A DNA stretch of 64,000 nt from Burkholderia sp. (lineage in GTDB: Bacteria > Pseudomonadota > Gammaproteobacteria > Burkholderiales > Burkholderiaceae). Shown one piece after another: positions 23,490 through 35,690 of the stretch. The notes beneath the pieces are model-generated. The model had not been told where the DNA came from. It was given only the letters and a program-made list of their open reading frames with translations, and ran no database searches. The translations under genes were made by a program, and so were the position numbers. Position 1 is the first letter of the stretch. Each line of letters opens with the position of its first letter. The stretch covers positions 111,887 through 175,886 of the forward strand of contig JAVHYW010000001.1 of the NCBI GenBank assembly GCA_032470235.1, given 5' to 3'.

Positions 23490-23903
23490 ATGGGAGAAAT
23501 AATGAAGCGATATGGAGTCAGTGAATTAAAAGATAATAGTAGTCAGATTATGCCATTCTCGCGCGCAGTTGAAGCTGATGGTTGGTTATACGTTTCTGGG
23601 CAAATGCCAATTATAAACTTCGAGGTTGTCGAAGGTGGAATAGTTAAACAATCAAAACAAGCAATCGAGAATATGATCTCAATTCTTCATGAAGCAGGCT
23701 ACTTCTCTGAACACATCGTTCGTTGCGGAGTATGGCTTGCTGACGCTCGCGATTTTTCAGAATTCAACAAAGTATTCATCTCCTACTTTGGAAAACATTT
23801 GCCAGCACGTGCTTGTATACAGTCGAGTATGATGATCGACTGTAGAGTCGAAATAGATTGTATTGCTTACAAGACGCTAGAACATATTAATACAACTGTA
23901 TAA
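23490..23903 (+). CDS. RidA/YjgF/L-PSP family enamine/imine deaminase
   Basis: 137 aa with PFSRAVEADGWLYVSGQMP and C-terminal ARACIQSS...VEIDCIAY, typical of YjgF-family proteins. Confidence 0.82.
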   Translation: MGEIMKRYGVSELKDNSSQIMPFSRAVEADGWLYVSGQMPIINFEVVEGGIVKQSKQAIENMISILHEAGYFSEHIVRCGVWLADARDFSEFNKVFISYFGKHLPARACIQSSMMIDCRVEIDCIAYKTLEHINTTV

Positions 23904-24832
23904 GTTTATGCTGCCATATTTCATATGATCTATCAGCAGAAATTCCATATTAAAAAGACTTGCGATAGCATGAAGATAGAAGCCTAATAGAGTTTAGTAC
24001 TTTGATGAAAGATCTCTGTCATTTTATTAAATAAGATTGATGTAAAAGGATATTATGAGAAGACTTATCCTCTATCAAAGTTAAACCGTACGCTTATTTA
24101 AAATTTCTATCTATTCTTATCAGAACTAAAATGAATGTATATTTCATATATCTATATTATCAAACTATTCCTCTAAATATCGAGTGAGGATGAGTAATAT
24201 AAGAGATATATAAAGAGTTGTGTTGATTGTAGTCTAGTTTTTCGATTCCATGTAAGAAAGAAGTCATAAGACTTTGATTTTGATTTAAATATAGTCTAGA
24301 GTATCTAATAGCATATAGATAAAAGAAGTTTAAAAACTTAGCGACGAAGTATATATATCTATAAGAAATCTTTTATGATAAATTGTTAATTGATAATAAT
24401 AACTTAAGTTCAGAGTATAGTTCAATATGCCGGATAAATAGTCTTTTCCGATAAATGTCTATTTCTTATTCATTTTATAAGGAGTGATCGTTCGGATTTA
24501 TAAAAGTAGGAAATAGGAAGAGCAGCCATTTATAAATTAATATTAATTTCTATAAGCCTACAAAAAGAGACTATTCCAGTCTATAACTAAGATACAGAGT
24601 GTAGACTGTAATTTGTTTATACCTTTATTTAGCGCACTAAAACTACTAACTTTAATGTCAAAGTACAGATTTACGAATACCAATAATTATTAAATTTAGT
24701 TCTAAATGATAATTATCATAGGATTGAATTATGAGAGCGCTATACGCATTTCTGTAAACTGGATGAGTGCGTAATTACTAATTAAATTTATTAGTATTAT
24801 TTTGCTGTTTATTAAGATTAAGGATTGACTTA

Positions 24833-25564
24833 ATGAGAAAAACTCATTTCGGTTTCGAATCCATAGATGAAGCCCAAAAGGTAAAAAGGGTATCAAATGT
24901 TTTCAATTCTGTAGCAAGTAATTATGATCTAATGAACGATCTGATGTCGTTAGGAATCCATCGCATATGGAGAATTTTCACACTTGCAAAAGTGAATATA
25001 CGTCCGGGCTTCAGGGTGCTTGAAATTGCAGCTGGAACAGGTTCCTTAACTAAAGCTTTTGCAAATTTAGCTGGCATAACTGGAGAAGTCTGGCATACAG
25101 ATATCAACGAATCTATGCTGCGTATTGGTCGTGATAAATTACTCGACAAAGGTATTTTAGTACCATCTTTGCTTTGTGACGGAGAAAAGATTCCTTTCTC
25201 AGATAACTACTTCGATGTAGTCGCTGTCGCATTTGGACTGAGAAATATGACACACAAAGAAATTGCTCTAGGTGAGATGCGCCGTGTTGTAAAACCAGGC
25301 GGTTACGTGATGGTTCTTGAATTTTCGAAGGTTTTAGCGCCGCTTAGGAGAGCTTACGATATATATTCTTTTAAGATTTTACCTTGGCTTGGGAATAAAT
25401 TTGCGAATGATGCGAAAAGTTATCGATATCTAGCTGAATCGATCAGAATGCACCCTGATCAGGGTGCACTAAAAATAATGATGGAACAAGTAGGTTTCGA
25501 TTTTGTAAAATACTACAATTTTTCTTTTGGAATAGTGGCTTTACATATTGGAATAAAATATTGA
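24833..25564 (+). CDS. ubiE: Demethylmenaquinone/ubiquinone C-methyltransferase UbiE
   Basis: 243 aa with THFGF...[14 protein letters not shown] and the SAM motif VLEIAAGTG. Confidence 0.93.
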   Translation: MRKTHFGFESIDEAQKVKRVSNVFNSVASNYDLMNDLMSLGIHRIWRIFTLAKVNIRPGFRVLEIAAGTGSLTKAFANLAGITGEVWHTDINESMLRIGRDKLLDKGILVPSLLCDGEKIPFSDNYFDVVAVAFGLRNMTHKEIALGEMRRVVKPGGYVMVLEFSKVLAPLRRAYDIYSFKILPWLGNKFANDAKSYRYLAESIRMHPDQGALKIMMEQVGFDFVKYYNFSFGIVALHIGIKY

Positions 25565-25605
25565 TATTAAGTTCACGTGATTTTTTTAAAGTTTTGGAGA
25601 GATGA

Positions 25606-26574
25606 ATGTCTGAAAAGAATATATCATCATCAAGTAGCAAACTAGATAAGTTACATTTTTTTTATTTTAAAAATCGTGCTTTCGCGTTACTAATCATAAT
25701 TAGTATCCTAATTATAGGAACCTTTGCATCATTTGATACAGCGGAAGCACGGCGAATGGGTAGTGGGCGGAGTTTCGGTCGACAGTCTCAAAGTATTCAG
25801 CGAGCTATACAGAGACAACAGCCTATACAAAATAGGTTCCCATCACAAGCTAATCGTACAACAAATGGAGCATTAAGCCATTCTCGATGGTTAGGACCAC
25901 TTGCAGGCCTAATAGCAGGCCTAGGAATCGCGGGGTTGATGTCACACTTTGGTCTCGGTGAAGTATTCTCTGGGATGATATCTAACTTCATAATAATTTC
26001 TATATTTGTATTTTCCGCTATCTGGCTCATTAGAAAGATAAAAAGCTTTCGAAATCAAGATGATCTAGTATATGCTAGTAATTACAGAAGCAGAAGATTT
26101 CCACTCTACTCGACGAATGAGCAGGTATTTCAGTCTCAGCCGTATAAAGATAGTGATTACACGAATGAAGCGTCTTATTATAGTAAAGAGAAAGCTATAG
26201 TTCCAGATAATTTCAATACTGATACATTTCTACGAAATGCAAAAGTATATTTCATTCGCTTACAAGCTGCTTGGGATAATGGAAACATGCAGGATATACG
26301 AGAGTTTACAACGCCGGAGATGTTTGCAGAGATTAAACTAGATTTCGATGAGCGTGGTAATGAGAAGAATCAGACCGATATTGCACAGCTTGATGCAGAA
26401 TTACTTGATATTGAAGTTCAAGGAAATGAATATATAGCAAGCGTACGTTTCTATGGTTTAATGCGAGAATCCTTAAATGAACTAGCCTCACCATTTGAGG
26501 AGGTCTGGAATTTATCAAAATGTGGAAGTGAGGGTTGGATACTCGCCGGAATTCAGCAACTTTGTAGACACTAA
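25606..26574 (+). CDS. Tim44-like domain membrane protein
   Basis: 322 aa with an N-terminal TM segment, a Gly/Arg-rich RRMGSGRSFGRQS stretch, a second hydrophobic block and a C-terminal Tim44-like region. It occupies the conserved slot between ubiE and ubiJ/ubiB in Burkholderiales (from memory). Confidence 0.65.
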   Translation: MSEKNISSSSSKLDKLHFFYFKNRAFALLIIISILIIGTFASFDTAEARRMGSGRSFGRQSQSIQRAIQRQQPIQNRFPSQANRTTNGALSHSRWLGPLAGLIAGLGIAGLMSHFGLGEVFSGMISNFIIISIFVFSAIWLIRKIKSFRNQDDLVYASNYRSRRFPLYSTNEQVFQSQPYKDSDYTNEASYYSKEKAIVPDNFNTDTFLRNAKVYFIRLQAAWDNGNMQDIREFTTPEMFAEIKLDFDERGNEKNQTDIAQLDAELLDIEVQGNEYIASVRFYGLMRESLNELASPFEEVWNLSKCGSEGWILAGIQQLCRH

Positions 26575-26604
26575 GGATTTTCTAAACTGTGTTTCACATG
26601 ATCC

Positions 26605-27222
26605 ATGCATAGAAGAGTTTGGATAAATTTTTTATCAAAATTTTTTATTCTAGCAGTTAATCACCTTCTTTCTAGAGAATCCTGGGCTCGAGACTGTCTT
26701 ATTCCTTATTCTGGAAAGATAGCTCTTATTAAGTTACCTCCTATCTCAATAATTTTTATTGTGCAGCATAATGGATATCTAAGCCTAATTAATGATGATG
26801 TAAACAGAGTCGATACGACTATCATACTTTCTAGCAACATAGTAGCTTTATTTATTAAAAAATGTTATCCGATTTTAATAGAACAGATAAAGATTTATGG
26901 AGATGTAGAGTTTGCAACACAGATCTCGAAGCTCGGTAGATATTTGCGCTGGGAGCCAGAAGAGGATATTGCAAGCCTTATTGGTGACGAGTGCGCATAT
27001 CGAATGCTAACTCTAGCACGAAATATAGGTTTGCATGCTCATCGGATAAGTAGAAACATAATCGATTCGTTTATTGAATACTGGCTTGACGAGAATCCTC
27101 AAGTTGTTCGTCGCGAAACATATAAGGATATTGTCATAGAGTTTTCTGAGTTATGCACCGCTCTAGCTAGAGTTGAAAGAAAGATCGAGCACCTTGAAAA
27201 AATTGGTGCGTGCGGAAAATAA
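26605..27222 (+). CDS. ubiJ: Ubiquinone biosynthesis accessory factor UbiJ (SCP2 domain)
   Basis: 205 aa immediately upstream of ubiB. Size and position fit UbiJ. Sequence recognition is weak. Confidence 0.6.
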   Translation: MHRRVWINFLSKFFILAVNHLLSRESWARDCLIPYSGKIALIKLPPISIIFIVQHNGYLSLINDDVNRVDTTIILSSNIVALFIKKCYPILIEQIKIYGDVEFATQISKLGRYLRWEPEEDIASLIGDECAYRMLTLARNIGLHAHRISRNIIDSFIEYWLDENPQVVRRETYKDIVIEFSELCTALARVERKIEHLEKIGACGK

Positions 27223-27253
27223 CGCGCGCAGTGCACATTAAGGGCTGTCGCGA

Positions 27254-28801
27254 ATGCATATTCGCCGTTTTGTCAGGATTCTATACACAGTCGTCTATTT
27301 CGGTCTAGATGAGGTCCTACTTCCGTACATTACCGATCGACGGATTCGAGTTCCTCTTTGGATCACTAATATTAGTAGTCGTTATATAGATCCGCCAGAG
27401 ATTCGGCTACGACGCGCGCTAGAAAGCCTTGGTCCAATATTTATAAAGTTTGGACAAGCATTATCGACACGACGAGATTTGTTGTCGGTTGATTTAGCGA
27501 ACGAGCTTTCTAAATTGCAGAATCAAGTTCCACCAATCGACTCATCAGTCGCGATTTTGATTATTGAGAAATCGCTTGGTATGTCGGTTGATGAGTTGTT
27601 TGACTCTTTTGATCCTTCTCCTATCGCGAGTGCATCAATCGCACAAGTTCATTTCGCAAAGATAAAACAAGGAAGACATGCAGGTAAGGCAGTTGCAGTC
27701 AAAGTCTTGCGTCCAAATATGCTTTCGGTAATAAATTCCGACCTCGCACTGCTAAACGATATTGCGATATGGATTGATCGTTTATGGGTCGGGGGTCGAC
27801 GATTAAAGCTTCAAGAGGTCGTTGCAGAGTTTAGCAAATATTTGCACGATGAGCTCGACTTAATGCGTGAGGCTGCAAATGGTAGTCAATTACGTCGTAA
27901 CTTTGCAGGCCTCAATCTTCTTCTCGTTCCAGAAATGTACTGGGATTATTCAACATCCCAGGTGCTTGTTATGGAGTGGATGGATGGAATACCGATCAGT
28001 AAAATAGATAAGCTACGCGCAGCTGGGGTTGATATTCAAAAGCTTGCTCGAGAAGGTATAGAGATTTTCTTAACACAAGTACTTATTAATGGTTTTTTTC
28101 ATGCGGACATGCATCCTGGAAATATCCAGGTAAGTCTTGATCCTACTATGTTCGGTCACTATATTGCACTTGATTTCGGAATTATTGGCGTACTATCTGA
28201 TTTTGATAAAAATTATCTCGCACAAAATTTTCTCGCATTCTTTAAGCGTGATTATCATCGTGTAGCGAGATTACATCTCGAATCAGGCTGGGTTCCTCAA
28301 GAAACTCGGATTGAGGAACTAGAAAGCGCTATCCGAAGTGTATGTGAACCTTATTTTGATCGAACCTTAAAAGATATTTCTCTTAGCCAAATACTAATTC
28401 GCTTATTTTCAACATCACGCCGATTTAACATCGAAATACAGCCACAGCTTGTTCTCTTACAAAAAACAATGCTGAATATAGAAGGGCTCGGGCGTTTACT
28501 TGACCCAGAGCTTGATCTATGGAAGACGGCGAGACCATATCTCGAAAGCTGGATGAAGAAGCAGATAGGCTTGCAGGGTTGGTATGATTGTTTTAAAATT
28601 GAAGTTCCACAATGGAGCAAAACTCTACCACAGATCCCACGTCTTATACATCATCTGCTTTCCGAATATAAAAACGTATCCAGTACAGAGAATTCAAGGC
28701 TAATGAAAAAGATTTTACTTGCACAGAAACATACGAATCAGATGTTGTTGATACTTTTAATATTCGGATTTTCCGTTTTTATCTGTACTCTTTTAATATA
28801 A
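27254..28801 (+). CDS. ubiB: Ubiquinone biosynthesis regulatory kinase-like protein UbiB (ABC1/ADCK family)
   Basis: 515 aa with [35 protein letters not shown] and C-terminal TM helices. Confidence 0.92.
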   Translation: MHIRRFVRILYTVVYFGLDEVLLPYITDRRIRVPLWITNISSRYIDPPEIRLRRALESLGPIFIKFGQALSTRRDLLSVDLANELSKLQNQVPPIDSSVAILIIEKSLGMSVDELFDSFDPSPIASASIAQVHFAKIKQGRHAGKAVAVKVLRPNMLSVINSDLALLNDIAIWIDRLWVGGRRLKLQEVVAEFSKYLHDELDLMREAANGSQLRRNFAGLNLLLVPEMYWDYSTSQVLVMEWMDGIPISKIDKLRAAGVDIQKLAREGIEIFLTQVLINGFFHADMHPGNIQVSLDPTMFGHYIALDFGIIGVLSDFDKNYLAQNFLAFFKRDYHRVARLHLESGWVPQETRIEELESAIRSVCEPYFDRTLKDISLSQILIRLFSTSRRFNIEIQPQLVLLQKTMLNIEGLGRLLDPELDLWKTARPYLESWMKKQIGLQGWYDCFKIEVPQWSKTLPQIPRLIHHLLSEYKNVSSTENSRLMKKILLAQKHTNQMLLILLIFGFSVFICTLLI

Positions 28802-28995
28802 TAAGCTAATTTTTGATAAACAAGCTTTTAGCTGAAAGACATATTCGAAATACTAAATTTTGAAAAGGATATTTTTTAGAAAAAGCTATTCTTTAATCAC
28901 GTCGAATTGAATATATAAAAATAGAAAAATTAATTTAGATTCTACTTATTATTCTTTAAACCAGAGAGACAATTCAGCATTTTTGCTATTATTAC

Positions 28996-29616
28996 ATGAT
29001 TAAAAAAACAACTATAAAATCTATTTTTCTAACTGGTTTGCTTATTCTTGTTCCGATCGTAATCACATTTTGGGTTCTAAATTTCATTATTGAGATAATG
29101 GATCATATCCTATTGCTTCTTCCTAAATCATGGCAGCCGGACAGATTATTTGGCTTTCATTTACCTGGAATAGGCGTGGGATTAACGCTTGGGATTAGTT
29201 GTATCATTGGTCTTGCGACACAAAATTTTATCGGCAAGAAACTTTTTAAGTGGTGGAGTAGTATTGTGCGATGTATTCCAATCGTCGGTTCTATTTATAT
29301 GAGCATAAAACAAGTATCAGATACATTATTATCATCAGATAATGCCTTCTGTAAGGCCGTACTTATAGAATATCCACGATATAGATCCTATACGATTGCG
29401 TTCTTAACTGGCATACCAAGTAGTCATGTTGTTAACCATCTAAATGGAGAGTACGTAAGCGTATATGTACCTACTACACCGAATCTAATATCTGGATTTT
29501 TTCTGATTATACCGAAAAACGAGGTAATCAAACTTGATATGTCAGTCGACGCTGCCATGAAATATATTTTATCGATTGGTGTCGTTTCGCCTACAGAAGC
29601 AGCCTCAATGCAGTAG
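28996..29616 (+). CDS. DUF502-family membrane protein
   Basis: 206 aa with two N-terminal TM helices and YVPTTPN.SGFF..IP, typical of DUF502. It lies upstream of aspS, as in Burkholderiales (from memory). Confidence 0.65.
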   Translation: MIKKTTIKSIFLTGLLILVPIVITFWVLNFIIEIMDHILLLLPKSWQPDRLFGFHLPGIGVGLTLGISCIIGLATQNFIGKKLFKWWSSIVRCIPIVGSIYMSIKQVSDTLLSSDNAFCKAVLIEYPRYRSYTIAFLTGIPSSHVVNHLNGEYVSVYVPTTPNLISGFFLIIPKNEVIKLDMSVDAAMKYILSIGVVSPTEAASMQ

Positions 29617-29680
29617 ACGACCCCTATTCACTCTATTAGGAGTGAAGCACTTCTCTAAAAAAAATAGAAAAACAAATATT

Positions 29681-31471
29681 ATGTTGATGCGTACTGAATA
29701 TTGCGGTCTCATAACAGAACATCTACTAGAGCAGCATGTATCTCTATGCGGATGGGTACATAATCGCCGAGATCACGGCGGTGTAATTTTTATTGATCTG
29801 CGCGATCGAGAAGGACTTGTACAGATAGTTTGTAATCCAGACAATATAAGGATGTTCAATATTGCCGAAAGAGTACGTAATGAGTTTTGCATACATATCA
29901 ATGGTCTAGTAACTAATCGTCCAAAAGGTAGTATAAATACGTCTTTGAAAAGTGGAAAGGTTGAAGTATTATGCCATGAGCTTACTGTACTCAATGCATC
30001 TATCACACTACCATTCCAGATCGATGATGAAAACTTGTTGGAGACGACTCGGCTTGTAAATCGTGTACTTGATCTGCGCCGTCCCCAAATGCAAAGAAAT
30101 CTACGTTTCCGTTATCGTGCTGCAATTGAAGCACGTAAGTATCTTGATGATCAAGGTTTTATCGATATTGAAACGCCTATACTGACAAAGAGTACACCAG
30201 AAGGTGCACGTGACTATTTAGTGCCATCACGTACGAATATAGGTCAGTTCTTCGCACTTCCACAGTCACCACAACTATTTAAGCAACTACTGATGGTCGG
30301 AAACTTCGATCGCTATTACCAAATTACAAAATGCTTCCGCGATGAAGATCTACGTGCAGACCGCCAACCAGAATTTACACAAATCGACTGTGAGATATCA
30401 TTCCTTAATGAGCAGGAAATTCGAGATTTATTCGAGGATATGATACGTCATATTTTCAGATCCGTGATCAAAGTTGAGCTGGATGCAGTTTTCCCGGTTA
30501 TGTCATACTCAGAGGCAATAACTCGTTTTGGCTCAGATAAGCCTGATCTACGTGTTAAGCTTGAATTTATTGAACTAACAGATGTAATGAAAAACGTCGA
30601 TTTCAAGGTATTTAGCACGCCGGCAAACATAAAGAACGGAAAAGTTGTTGCACTTCGCGTACCAAATGGCGGAAATTTTAATAACCTCTCACGAAGAGAT
30701 ATAGAGAATTATACAGAATTTGTGAAGATTTACGGTGCAAAGGGTTTGCCATGGATTAGAGTTATCGAGAAAGAGAAAGGACGAGATGGTTTACAAAGTC
30801 CGATCGTGAAAAACCTTCATGATGCGTCAATCACAGCGATCCTTGAACGCACAGGAGCGGAAGATGGTGATATAATTTTCTTCGCTGCGGACTTCAAGAA
30901 GATTGTCAATAATAGTCTTGGTGCCCTACGTTTGAAGATTGGTCATTCAAAATTTGGTAAGGAGAATGGTCTATTCAAAGACGGATGGAATCCATTATGG
31001 ATAGTTGATTTTCCGATGTTTGAATATGAAGAAGAAAATTCTCGCTATATTTCTGTCCACCATCCATTCACGAGTCCAAAGGATGAACATATTAAATATT
31101 TAGAAACAGATCCAGGTCTCTGTTTAGCAAAGGCATATGATATGGTATTGAACGGCTGGGAAATTGGTAGTGGCTCTATACGAATCCACTGCAAAGATAT
31201 CCAGAAAAGAGTGTTCCATGCGCTGAAGATAAAATCAGAAGAAGCACAGCTGAAGTTCGGTTTTTTGCTTGATGCGCTACAGTATGGAGCTCCACCTCAT
31301 GGTGGGATTGCATTTGGTCTCGACCGTATTGTTATGATTATGATGGGTTCTGATTCAATACGAGATGTAATTGCGTTTCCAAAAACGCAGAGTGCGCAAT
31401 GTTTACTTACGAAGGCTCCGAGCGCACCAGATGAACAGCAACTATGCAATCTTCATATATGTTTGCGTTAA
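29681..31471 (+). CDS. aspS: Aspartyl-tRNA synthetase
   Basis: The ORF track starts at 29576, overlapping the DUF502 gene. An ATG at 29681 gives [11 protein letters not shown] (E. coli AspS starts MRTEYCG). Class II motifs are [18 protein letters not shown] and GGIAFGLDR. Confidence 0.95.
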   Translation: MLMRTEYCGLITEHLLEQHVSLCGWVHNRRDHGGVIFIDLRDREGLVQIVCNPDNIRMFNIAERVRNEFCIHINGLVTNRPKGSINTSLKSGKVEVLCHELTVLNASITLPFQIDDENLLETTRLVNRVLDLRRPQMQRNLRFRYRAAIEARKYLDDQGFIDIETPILTKSTPEGARDYLVPSRTNIGQFFALPQSPQLFKQLLMVGNFDRYYQITKCFRDEDLRADRQPEFTQIDCEISFLNEQEIRDLFEDMIRHIFRSVIKVELDAVFPVMSYSEAITRFGSDKPDLRVKLEFIELTDVMKNVDFKVFSTPANIKNGKVVALRVPNGGNFNNLSRRDIENYTEFVKIYGAKGLPWIRVIEKEKGRDGLQSPIVKNLHDASITAILERTGAEDGDIIFFAADFKKIVNNSLGALRLKIGHSKFGKENGLFKDGWNPLWIVDFPMFEYEEENSRYISVHHPFTSPKDEHIKYLETDPGLCLAKAYDMVLNGWEIGSGSIRIHCKDIQKRVFHALKIKSEEAQLKFGFLLDALQYGAPPHGGIAFGLDRIVMIMMGSDSIRDVIAFPKTQSAQCLLTKAPSAPDEQQLCNLHICLR

Positions 31472-31744
31472 TTAGATAAATAAAAATTAGAAATGTACTG
31501 TTTATATAAGTTTTTTAGAGAGATTTTTAAATTTCATTATATATCATAGATGGCAAAAATAGAAAACTAAGGAAATATATATAGATATATAGAACTAAGA
31601 ACTAGTTTAGGTAAACATACTTGATGGATATACTGAAGTTATGTTATCAAGATTCGAATCTGTTTGTTATCGATGTATATCGATAATATTGCAAAGCGAT
31701 CAAGTGATCTTGAATAATAATCTATCATTGAGCAACTCTCTTAT

Positions 31745-33016
31745 ATGAGAGAAAATATCTCTCGATACTTTAATCAGCTCCGACATATTTTTTTTCGGAG
31801 ACGTAGCTCCGCGTCTCGACTCGCGTTTACATCAGGTAATACCGTGAGATTATGTAAAGGCGGAGGTGAATTTTTCTCATCACTGATTAACTGTATAGAT
31901 GCTGCGCGAAATGAAGTTGCAATAGAAACCTATATTTTTCGAGATGACGCAACTGGTGGACGTGTGTCTGATGCTCTTCTACGCGCAGCACACAGGGGCC
32001 TGCGCGTGCGTATGATTACAGACCGTTTCGGTACAGCTTGGCTACCACTATTTAAGATATGGTTAGAAGCTGGCATCGAGCATGCAGTCTATAACCCTTA
32101 TCTATTCAGTCGCTTTGGTTTCTCGCGTACACACAGAAAGCTTGCTGTCATTGATCATAATGTTGCCTACTGCGGTGGCATTAATATTGTTGACGACTAC
32201 AACCAGGATGGAAAAACGCTACCATATCCACGCTGGGATTTTTCTGTTGAAATGCTCGGCCCAATCGTTTCAGATGTACTCTGTGCATTTGAACTACAAT
32301 GGCGCCATATCCAAGTTGGGAATAAAGCGTATTCGAATAATATACCTATCGGTACTAACACTGTACAACCTGATCTATTTCATCACTTGTTTCGCCATCA
32401 TAGACTTGTTAAAGCAAGCGCGTTGCGTAACGTAACTATGCCGAGTGTTGCATTTGTCTCTCGAGACAATATACTAAATCGGTGTGCGATAGAAAAGGCA
32501 TATTTAGCAGCGATCGGTCGGGCACAAAAGCAGATCTTGCTTGCGAATCCATATTTTATGCCAGGACGCAAGCTTCGTCGTGCGCTCGCAGATGCTGCTC
32601 GGCGCGGTGTTGATGTTCGGATTCTGATTGGTTGTAACGAGTTTGCAACACTTGATTTAGCAGTACCGTTTCTCTATCATATGCTATTGAGCGCTGGTGT
32701 TCGCATTGCTGAATATGATCGAACAATTCTCCACGGCAAGGTCGCAGTAATTGATAACAATTGGGCCACTGTTGGTTCATCAAATCTTGATGCGCTGAGT
32801 CTAGTACTTAATAATGAGGCAAATATCGTACTAGTTCGGCATGATGAACCAATAAATATATTAGGCACTGCAATCACTTCTAGCTTCGAAGATAGTAGAG
32901 AAATTGATCGAGAGAGCTATATATCTCGTCCATTTTTTGAGCGTATGCTGAATTGGCTTGGGTATGTACTTTATCGCATGGTTATGAAAGTATTAACAGT
33001 CGGTGTTTATGATTAG
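31745..33016 (+). CDS. Phospholipase D-family cardiolipin synthase (ClsB-like)
   Basis: 423 aa with two HKD motifs (HRKLAVIDHNVAYCGGIN and HGKVAVIDNNWATVGSSNLD) and no N-terminal TM pair. Confidence 0.8.
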   Translation: MRENISRYFNQLRHIFFRRRSSASRLAFTSGNTVRLCKGGGEFFSSLINCIDAARNEVAIETYIFRDDATGGRVSDALLRAAHRGLRVRMITDRFGTAWLPLFKIWLEAGIEHAVYNPYLFSRFGFSRTHRKLAVIDHNVAYCGGINIVDDYNQDGKTLPYPRWDFSVEMLGPIVSDVLCAFELQWRHIQVGNKAYSNNIPIGTNTVQPDLFHHLFRHHRLVKASALRNVTMPSVAFVSRDNILNRCAIEKAYLAAIGRAQKQILLANPYFMPGRKLRRALADAARRGVDVRILIGCNEFATLDLAVPFLYHMLLSAGVRIAEYDRTILHGKVAVIDNNWATVGSSNLDALSLVLNNEANIVLVRHDEPINILGTAITSSFEDSREIDRESYISRPFFERMLNWLGYVLYRMVMKVLTVGVYD

Positions 33017-33424
33017 TTTTAGATATATGTAAAAATTTTACTAGTTTAGTTTTTAGTATAAAGAAAAAAGTACAAAAACTAGCGTCTAATCGTAATATAA
33101 GTCTATATAGCTATTAGTACATTTACTAATAATAAATTTTGTCTTATATTTTTATTAAATATAGAAATGAACTATAAATTACCTCGGCTCTTTCATAGAA
33201 TTATAGAAAATTACTATATCTCTTTCTAGATAAGGCTATAAGATTTAAACTAAATATTACTCAGTACATATGTACAAAGATATTATCTTAATACACCTCT
33301 TCTAAGTTTCACTAGATAGCTAAAAATTAAGTCATTAGTCTATTGATATTTTTGATATTAGAAATTTTTTTAAATTAAAATCTATCTATTTGACTACTCC
33401 TAGTCTAGTCAGGAATCAGATAAA

Positions 33425-35265
33425 TTACTTGTGGCCCCACTATTGCTAAATAAAGCTTAGCTTGATAATTAGACATACTCTACATTCACTTGTAGTCAGT
33501 CTTATAGAACGGAAGTGGGGTAGATATTTTCTGGAATGAATTAATGTTTACAATGCACTAAGTACGCGTTTCACTATTGATTGCCAAGAGGACTCGACAC
33601 GAAGAACACATTTCCTGTATTACGTGGGATTCGAAGAGAAGTCGTAAGCCGTACACGCCTACTAGGAATCTAGGGTTCACCAAGAGTTGGTCTGTTATAT
33701 CCGCGATATCCTTTTATACGTCGTGCTAAAGCAGGATGATTTATACATAGCTGGTGCTACAGAAGTAGAGAGTTAGGATATATCAGGTGTTAGTGTGCGC
33801 TCTGCTCTTGAACTTTTAAGTGTTACAACTTTCTATACATCCAAAGTTTGGTAAGATACGTATTCTTGAATTGAATGCACATTAGGCCGATTTTACTTGA
33901 TCATAGATTATCGATGATCTGGGATGATACATCGACACTTATCGTAAACGGTTTCTGTATCAACATGGTTTTATTATCGGACCTGAAGTCTTACAGATTA
34001 CAGTTACGCCTAGCTAATAAGGCTATATTATATTGGTAAGTATTATGGGGACACACTGTTTTTCTGTGTGGCGTAATGCGTCGTGCTGACCTGAGCTTCT
34101 ATATTTATTTTAATAAAAAAATAAATACAATGGATATACAGATTGATAAACAGATATTTACACCGCAAGATAATATGAAGATTGTCGATGCGTGCTGGCC
34201 GAATTTATCGTCAACCTTTTAAAGGTTCTCTAAACGGTATGTTCATTGCTCGAGCTCAATATACGACGTATGTTTTTTCGAATTATGATACTGTATAACT
34301 TATATATCTAGTTTCAGAAATAGGATGATACTTGTTTATAATTCAGTCGTGCTCCCTGCTTCTTACTTATAAATAGGATTTATAGGTATCCAGTTTTATA
34401 TTTTTATTATAGAGAGGAGTACTGAGTACCATCATTTAGATGATAGCTCAAAGTTCAACTGTTCTTTTTTAAGGAAATGTTAATATTGCTATGGAGAAAT
34501 TTTCTTAAGCTATATGTTACTTGATACATCAGGTTATACCTCAACTACAGTCATTATACAATTCTATCATTATATCTAGACTGGAATCCTTATAGTTTCA
34601 TTACGTCGTCAGATGAGTTTGAATGAAAATAATATATTGGAGTCTAGCTTCTTTAATTTGTTGAAACGCCGCGCAGCGAGATTGCTACCAAACAGTTTCT
34701 AAATTGGTTAACTGTACAGGTAAAGAGAGAAGTTTTTGAAACTGATCAGATAAAGCTAGAGTCAACTGGAGATAACTAATAACCCCACCCTCAAACACCC
34801 TGATCCAGTCGAACTGATTGATGAAGGCTGCTCAGTTGCTTATAGATACTTTGAAAGTACTGCCTGTACTCTGTACAGAATCCTTGTAATCGGCAAACGT
34901 CTTCTTTGTATAGGGATGTGGACGCTTATGCCATAGGCTCACCGACTGGAACAGGTAAAGGCATAATAAATCCATGCAGGTTGTTTATGCTTCGTGATCG
35001 ATTGAAGAATGTTATCATTAATCATCAATGTAGGGCTCGGTGTTACCATCTCATGCCTTCAGGTTATGGAGGGGGAATTTTACGCAATCTTGGTGGGGGC
35101 AAGTATCAATAAAGACTCATCTGGAGATTATAGCGACGCTGGGCATTCGTATATGGTGTTAAAAGCAGGAGCATACTGTTCTTCCTATCTAGCTTTAGGG
35201 AAATGTATCCACGAGAGAACGCACGGGAGTGTGCCAGTTTTCGGAATGTCATTCTGGTGCTAAGA
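33425..35265 (+). pseudogene. gltB: Heavily deleted relic of glutamate synthase large subunit
   Basis: Collinear plus-strand peptide patches in shifting frames: KNTFPVLRGI (cf. STNTFP..NTLRGN); MIWDDTSTLIVNG..LSDLKSYR (cf. MEPWDGPA...DG..LDRNGLRP); DIQIDKQIF (cf. DIYSIEDLAQLIF); TSGYTSTT (cf. ISGHDGGTGA); FFNLLKRRAARLL (cf. NYFFFxAEExRxxMAxLG); YRDVDAYAIGS (cf. IRNVxRxVG); LIINVGLGVT..GEFYAILVGAS (cf. IIGNTxLYGATxGExYxxGxAGE); DAGHSYMVLKAG..LGK (cf. GDHGCEYMTGG..LGKTG). About 1.8 kb remains of a gene of about 4.5 kb. Confidence 0.5.
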
Positions 35266-35322
35266 AGATTGAATATGATGATAAGCCATCCGATAGTGAT
35301 ATATTTATTATATCTGAAAATG

Positions 35323-35394
35323 ACTGTATTGGGGCAGGAAGATATAGAAACTACTGAGCTAGAAGTGATCGCTCTAGCGGGGACTACGGATTAG
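35323..35394 (+). pseudogene. gltD: Relic of the last ~24 codons of glutamate synthase small subunit
   Basis: TVLGQEDIETTELEVIALAGTTD* resembles the GltD C-terminus IFAGGDIVRGSDLVVTAIAEGR. It sits right after the gltB relic and before mlaF. Confidence 0.4.
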
Positions 35395-35690
35395 TATCTC
35401 AAGTTATAGTGTTATTATGAGATACTTCAGGCATTATATATACGTTCAAATTATATAGAATTCGGTCCAGTATTTTCAAAAACTAAAGCCGATAATTGGC
35501 GCGCAGCGCGGTATACGATCTTATGAAATATTTTAACTAGGAGATAATCAAAAAAAGATTCTTAATATATTTACTATTATATAGTATTGGAATTAGAGCT
35601 ATACAAACAGCATCTTTAAAAAGATGAATATTTAAGTAGAAGTTCTTTTATATTAATTTAAAGATCTTCGATAAAAGGATATTTAATTCT

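Noticed and set aside
29576-29680. N-terminal extensions offered by the ORF track for aspS. The same applies to argC 19708, ibaG 41694, hisG 41987, hisH 45752, hisE 48646, sspB 51335, bamE 12992 and the BON lipoprotein 21894.
   Set aside because: The extensions overlap the preceding gene or lack homology. Internal ATGs reproduce the canonical N-termini (e.g. [48 protein letters not shown]).
34906-35394. Three overlapping short ORFs (68, 84 and 63 aa) in the big spacer upstream of mlaF. They could be mistaken for small novel genes.
   Set aside because: Their translations are the frame-shifted fragments of the GltB C-terminal domain and the GltD C-terminus. They are pseudogene debris, not genes.
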